Below, piece by piece: positions 22,159 to 26,347 of a DNA stretch of 26,347 nt; within the stretch, counting starts at the first letter, position 1; each line of letters begins with the position of its first letter. Source of the DNA: Opitutales bacterium (GTDB lineage: Bacteria > Verrucomicrobiota > Verrucomicrobiia > Opitutales > UBA953). The position numbers and the translations under genes were made by a program. Below the pieces are notes generated by a model. It made no database searches. It worked only from the letters and a program-made list of their open reading frames with translations, and was not told the DNA's origin. Where the stretch lies: assembly GCA_044340815.1 (NCBI GenBank), contig JBIISU010000001.1, forward strand, positions 1 to 26,347. The letters are read 5' to 3'.

Positions 22159-23586
22159 ATGGACCTTTTCCGCGCCCCCCGGAGTTTCGTCTGCGCCTTG
22201 CTCGCCGTCGGCGCGTCCGTGCTCGCCGCGGCGGAACGCCCCAACGTCGTCTTCATCTTCGCCGACGACCAGCGCGCCGATACCATCGCGGCGCTCGGCA
22301 ATCCGGCGATCAAGACCCCGAACCTCGATCGGCTGGTGGCGCGAGGGGTGGCCTTCGAGCGGGCCTACATGATGGGCGGCAACAACGGCGCGACCTGCGT
22401 GCCCTCGCGGGCGATGCTGCTGTCCGCGCGCCCGTTGCCGCGGATCGACGAGAAACTGTCCCGTGACGAGACCTGGCCGCACGCCTTCGGGACGGCCGGT
22501 TACGCGACCTTCATGGCGGGCAAGTGGCACAACGGCCCGGGCTCGGTCGGGAAGTCCTTCCAGCAGGCCCGCTCGCTCTTCGTCGGCGGCATGACCAACC
22601 CGCTCAAGGCGAAGATCAACGACCTGTTGCCCAGCGGCAAACTCAGCCCGGACCGCTCCTGCCCGAAGCACCTGTGCGAGGAGGCCACGGATGAGGTGCT
22701 GGCCTTCCTGCGCGACCGGGATCCGGCCCGGCCGTTCTTCGCCTACCTCGCCTTCGACGGTCCCCATGACCCGCACATCGTGCCCGACGACTTCCCGGTG
22801 AAATACGACCCGGCCGCGATCCCGCTGCCGCCGAACTTCCTGCCGCAGCACCCGTTCAACAACGGCGAGATGGTCATCCGCGACGAGCAGTTGCTGCCTT
22901 GGCCGCGGCGCCCAGAGGCCATCCGGGCGATGTTGGCCGATTATTACCGTTACATCAGCTACCTCGACGCGCAGGTCGGCCGGGTGCTGGATGCCTTGGA
23001 CGCCTCGCCGGCGGGCCGGAACACCTACGTGGTCTTCGCGGCGGACTCCGGCGTGGCCCGGGGCTCCCACGGTCTGATCGGCAAACAGAACCTCTACGAG
23101 CCTAGCCTGCGCGTGCCGCTCATTATCGCGGGCCCGGGCGTGCCCGCGGGCCGGCGCACGCCGGCGTTGTGCTACACGTTCGATGTGCTGCCGACCTTGG
23201 GCAAGCTGTGCGGGGTGGGGGCGCCGTCGACCAGCGAGGGCCGGGAGTTCACCGCGGCGCTGGCGGATCCGGCCCAGCCGGCGCGGACGGCATTGGTCTT
23301 CGGCTACAAGCGCATCCAGAAGGCGTTCTCCGACGGGCGTTGGAAGCTGATCCGCTACCCTCAGGTGGACCGCACGCAGCTCTTCGACCTGCAGGCCGAC
23401 CCCTTCGAGACCAAGGACCTGTCGGCCGAGCCGGACCAAGCCGCCCGGGTGAAGGAGCTGCTCGCGCGCTTGGAGGCGGGCCTGCGCGCCAGCGGGGATC
23501 AGGATCCCTTGACGGTCGCGACGCCGCAACCTTCCTCCTGGAGCCCCCCGAAGAAGCTCCCGCAGCCGGGGGACAAGGGCTTCTGA
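22159..23586 (+). CDS. Secreted formylglycine-dependent (S1, Cys-type) sulfatase, 475 aa
   Basis: Signal peptide; PNVVFIFADDQ, CVPSR (Cys80), GKWH, PHDPH, HGLIGKQNLYE, LFDL..DPFE. Confidence 0.92.
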   Translation: MDLFRAPRSFVCALLAVGASVLAAAERPNVVFIFADDQRADTIAALGNPAIKTPNLDRLVARGVAFERAYMMGGNNGATCVPSRAMLLSARPLPRIDEKLSRDETWPHAFGTAGYATFMAGKWHNGPGSVGKSFQQARSLFVGGMTNPLKAKINDLLPSGKLSPDRSCPKHLCEEATDEVLAFLRDRDPARPFFAYLAFDGPHDPHIVPDDFPVKYDPAAIPLPPNFLPQHPFNNGEMVIRDEQLLPWPRRPEAIRAMLADYYRYISYLDAQVGRVLDALDASPAGRNTYVVFAADSGVARGSHGLIGKQNLYEPSLRVPLIIAGPGVPAGRRTPALCYTFDVLPTLGKLCGVGAPSTSEGREFTAALADPAQPARTALVFGYKRIQKAFSDGRWKLIRYPQVDRTQLFDLQADPFETKDLSAEPDQAARVKELLARLEAGLRASGDQDPLTVATPQPSSWSPPKKLPQPGDKGF

Positions 23587-23592
23587 GCCGGC

Positions 23593-24702
23593 TTAGCCCG
23601 GCAGCAGGTAGGTCTTGCGGCCGTACTTGGCCGTCAGCCACTGCTTGAGCTCCTGGAAGTCCGCGGGCGGCTCGACGGTGATCGTCAGCGGCTTGCCGGT
23701 GTGCGGGTGCGTCAGGGTCAGGCGATGCGCGTGCAGCATGACGCGCGGCATCGGCCAGCCCGTGAAGGCCGGGATGTCGAACTTGCCATAGGTGCGGTCG
23801 CCCAGGATCGGGTGGCCCAAGTGCGCGAGGTGGACGCGGATCTGGTGCGTGCGACCGGTGTGCGGGAAGGCGCGGACGAGCGCGGCCTGGGGACCGTACT
23901 TTTCCTCGACGCGCCATTCGGTGACGGCGTCGCGGCCGTCGTCGCGGACGGCCATGCGGACGCGGACGGTGCGGTGGCGGTCGATCTTGGCGTCGACCAG
24001 CCCGGAGAGCAGGCGCGGGGCCTTGTCGACCAGCGCGAGGTATTCCTTCTGCGCGGTCCGCTCGGCGAACTGCGCGACGAGCGCGTGGTAGGCCTTATCG
24101 GTCTTCGCGAGCACGATGACGCCGGAGGTCTCGCGGTCGAGGCGGTGGACGACGCCGGGGCGCGGGGCGCCGCCCGCGGGCGCGAGCTTGCCCTTCGTGT
24201 AATGCAGCAGGCCATGCACGACGGAGACCTCGTCCGAGCCCTGCACCGGGTGCGTCAGCAGGCCGGCGGGCTTGTTGATGGCGATGAGGTGCGCGTCCTC
24301 GAAGAGGACTTCGAGCGGCATCTTGACCGGGCGGGCGGTCGGCTCCTCAGGGGAAGGCAGGGCGACCTTCACGTGGTCGCCGGGGTTGAGCACGGTGCGG
24401 CGGTCGGCGACGGCGCCGTTGACCTGCACGAGGCCGAGGTCGAGGGCGCGCTGCACGCGGGAGCGGCTGACGCCGTCGAGCAGGGCGGAGACGACCTTAT
24501 CGGCGCGTCCCGGCGCGAACTCGGACGGGATGCGCGTGGCCAGCACCTCATCGGGCTTGTGGACCTCGACCGGCGCCTTCGCGGGGCGCGCGGCGTAGGG
24601 GACGTGCGGGGCCGGCTTGGCCTTGCGCTTCGTCGCCTTGGCGGTGCGCGCCTGGGGGCGGGAACCGAGACGGGTGGGCTTCACCTTCTTCGGGGCGGCC
24701 AT
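23593..24702 (-). CDS. rluD: RluA-family pseudouridine synthase with S4 domain (RluD-like), 369 aa
   Basis: S4 domain SRSRVQRAL, NKPAGLLTHP, RPGVVHRLDRETSG, TGRTHQIRVH, GDRTYG, LHA. Confidence 0.88.
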   Translation of the reverse strand: MAAPKKVKPTRLGSRPQARTAKATKRKAKPAPHVPYAARPAKAPVEVHKPDEVLATRIPSEFAPGRADKVVSALLDGVSRSRVQRALDLGLVQVNGAVADRRTVLNPGDHVKVALPSPEEPTARPVKMPLEVLFEDAHLIAINKPAGLLTHPVQGSDEVSVVHGLLHYTKGKLAPAGGAPRPGVVHRLDRETSGVIVLAKTDKAYHALVAQFAERTAQKEYLALVDKAPRLLSGLVDAKIDRHRTVRVRMAVRDDGRDAVTEWRVEEKYGPQAALVRAFPHTGRTHQIRVHLAHLGHPILGDRTYGKFDIPAFTGWPMPRVMLHAHRLTLTHPHTGKPLTITVEPPADFQELKQWLTAKYGRKTYLLPG

Positions 24703-24703
24703 C

Positions 24704-25822
24704 TTAGCGGGCCTTGCCGAGCAGGTAGTCGGGATTCAGTTTCTGGAGGGCCTTGGGGACGAAGAGGCCATCCTTGCGGATGACCTTGCCGTCGAAGCGG
24801 ATCTCGCCGCCGCCGTACTCGGGGCGCTGGATGCAGACCATGTCCCAGTGGATGGAGGAGGTGTTGCCGTTGTCGGTCGTCTCGTAGCACTTGCCCGGCG
24901 TGAAGTGGAAGGAGCCCGCGATCTTCTCGTCGAAGAGGATGTCCTGCATCGGGTTCAGGATGTGCGGGTTGAAGCCGATGGCGAACTCGCCGATGAACCG
25001 CGCGCCGCCGTCGGTGTCGAGGATCTCGTTGAGGCGCTTGGTGTTGTTCGCGGTGGCCTCGACGATCTTCCCCTTGCGGAAGACGAGGCGGATGTTCTCG
25101 AACGACACGCCCTGGTAGATGGTGGGGCAGTTGTACTGCAGGATGCCGTTGACGGAGTCCTTGATCGGCGCGGTGAAGACTTCGCCGTCGGGGATGTTGT
25201 ATTCGCCGCCGCAGGGGATGGCGTTCATGCCCTTGATGCTGAACTTCAGGTCGGTGCCCGGGCCGGTGATGTGGACCTCGTCGGTCTTCATCATGGCCTG
25301 CTTGAGCGCTTCCATGCCCGGGATCATGCGGGAGTAGTCGAGGGTGCAGACGCGGAAGTAGAAGTCGGCGAAGCCCTCGGTGCTCATCTTGGCCTGCTGG
25401 GCCATCGACGGGGTGGGCCAGCGGAGGACGACCCACTTCGTCTTGTTGACGCGGTGGTCGAGGACCGGGCGCATGAGCTCGCCGTTGAGCTTGGCCTGGG
25501 CCGCGGGGATGTCGCTGCCTTCGAAGATGTTCTCGGAGCCGCGGATGGCGATGTAGGCCTGCATCTTCTTCATGCGGGCGAGCTCATGGTCGGCGGCCAG
25601 CTTGAACTGCTCCTTCGTGCCGCCCTTGGTCATCTCGCGGGAGATGCGGGCGCGCTGCACGTTGACCATCGGGGTGGCGCCGCGTTCGCGGGCGGCCCGG
25701 ATGAGCGCGATGACGAACTCCTCGGGGATGTCGTAGGCGTCGATGAGGACGTTCTCGCCCTTCTTGAGGCGGGTGGAGAAGCCGCAGAGGACTTCGGCGA
25801 GCTGGCCGTAGCGTGGATCCAT
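24704..25822 (-). CDS. Aminopeptidase, M29 (AmpS/PepS/aminopeptidase T) family, 372 aa
   Basis: [40 protein letters not shown]. Confidence 0.93.
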   Translation of the reverse strand: MDPRYGQLAEVLCGFSTRLKKGENVLIDAYDIPEEFVIALIRAARERGATPMVNVQRARISREMTKGGTKEQFKLAADHELARMKKMQAYIAIRGSENIFEGSDIPAAQAKLNGELMRPVLDHRVNKTKWVVLRWPTPSMAQQAKMSTEGFADFYFRVCTLDYSRMIPGMEALKQAMMKTDEVHITGPGTDLKFSIKGMNAIPCGGEYNIPDGEVFTAPIKDSVNGILQYNCPTIYQGVSFENIRLVFRKGKIVEATANNTKRLNEILDTDGGARFIGEFAIGFNPHILNPMQDILFDEKIAGSFHFTPGKCYETTDNGNTSSIHWDMVCIQRPEYGGGEIRFDGKVIRKDGLFVPKALQKLNPDYLLGKAR

Positions 25823-25828
25823 CCCCCC

Positions 25829-25856
25829 AACGTGCGGAGCCCGCCCCGCTTTCCAA
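25829..25856 (-). promoter_or_regulatory. Putative promoter for a leaderless aminopeptidase-rluD mRNA
   Basis: TTGGAA (25856-25851), N16, CACGTT (25834-25829), N6, ATG (25822). Confidence 0.45.
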
Positions 25857-25871
25857 GCGTGAAAGGAGCGC

Positions 25872-25899
25872 TTGCGCCCCGACCGCCGCGCCCCACCGT
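25872..25899 (+). promoter_or_regulatory. Putative promoter for a leaderless TPR-gene mRNA
   Basis: TTGCGC (25872-25877), N16, CACCGT (25894-25899), N6, ATG (25906). Confidence 0.45.
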
Positions 25900-25905
25900 G
25901 TCGGC

Positions 25906-26277
25906 ATGGAATCTCCCGCCGCCCGCGCCCTCGCCCTGGCCGAAGCCGCGGCCTTCGATTTCGCGGTCGGCGACGAACCCGCCGCGCTCGCGAAGCTGGC
26001 CGAGGCCGTCGCGGCCGACCCGACGTGCTTCGAGGCCTGGCTCGCCAAGGCGGAGGTGCACTTCGCCGCGCGTCAGCTCGACGAGGCGCTCATCGCCGGC
26101 GAACGAGCCGCGGAGCTCCGCCCGAAGGACATCCACGTGCACACCTCGCTTTCTCGGATCTGGATGGAGCGCGGGGACAAGACCAAGGCCGAGCACCACG
26201 GCGCCCAAGCCCGAATCCTCGGTTGGGGCGACCAGCTCAAGCAGCCTGAGGGGAAGCAGCCTGGGGAGATTGGTTAA
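25906..26277 (+). CDS. Small tetratricopeptide repeat protein, 123 aa
   Basis: TPR-like helices ([44 protein letters not shown]). The start at 25906 avoids overlap with the divergent aminopeptidase gene. Confidence 0.82.
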   Translation: MESPAARALALAEAAAFDFAVGDEPAALAKLAEAVAADPTCFEAWLAKAEVHFAARQLDEALIAGERAAELRPKDIHVHTSLSRIWMERGDKTKAEHHGAQARILGWGDQLKQPEGKQPGEIG

Positions 26278-26282
26278 GCAGG

Positions 26283-26346
26283 GGAGGGCTCGAGGGTAGG
26301 AGGGCTCGAGGGCAGGAGGGCTCGAGGGTAGGAGGACACGAGGGCG
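26283..26346. repeat. G-rich tandem repeat: 4 x 16 bp (8 x 8 bp sub-units)
   Basis: GGAGGGCTCGAGGGTA / GGAGGGCTCGAGGGCA / GGAGGGCTCGAGGGTA / GGAGGACACGAGGGCG, starting 5 nt after the TPR stop; may continue past the window. Confidence 0.92.
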
Positions 26347-26347
26347 G

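Noticed and set aside
26283-26347. Possible CRISPR array at the right edge
   Set aside because: The units are contiguous with no unique spacers, only 16 bp long, and no cas gene is in view.

Overview
GC-rich (roughly 70% by eye) bacterial chromosomal window with no rRNA, tRNA, CRISPR or mobile element recognisable. The protein styles and the scarcity of Shine-Dalgarno sites suggest Verrucomicrobiota (Opitutae-like); this is inference. In order: the 3' end of pnp with an intrinsic terminator; a secreted alpha/beta-hydrolase-like gene; a tightly coupled cbb3 oxidase operon on the minus strand (ccoS, fused ccoNO, ccoQ, monohaem ccoP, ccoG, a 51-aa membrane ORF, a DsbD_2/TauE protein, ccoI; three of its small genes are missing or mis-started in the ORF track); an RDD protein; folD; an RsuA/RluB-family pseudouridine synthase; two tandem secreted GH16-fold paralogues lacking the catalytic motif; a flavodoxin-less CysJ-like reductase; fabG-acpP-fabF; two tandem secreted paralogues resembling a stripped-down secretin beta-core with an inserted PilP/GspC-like domain; a thioesterase / MBL hydrolase / hypothetical / bicupin operon; a hypothetical membrane protein coupled to a CDF transporter; a sulfatase; rluD; an M29 aminopeptidase; a TPR protein; and a G-rich 8/16-bp tandem repeat at the right edge. 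The most interesting signals are the 'mini-secretin' pair, the GH16 pseudoenzyme pair and a recurring TTGnnn-N16-nAnnnT-N6/7-ATG architecture that points to leaderless mRNAs. All family assignments are by motif recognition, not database search.
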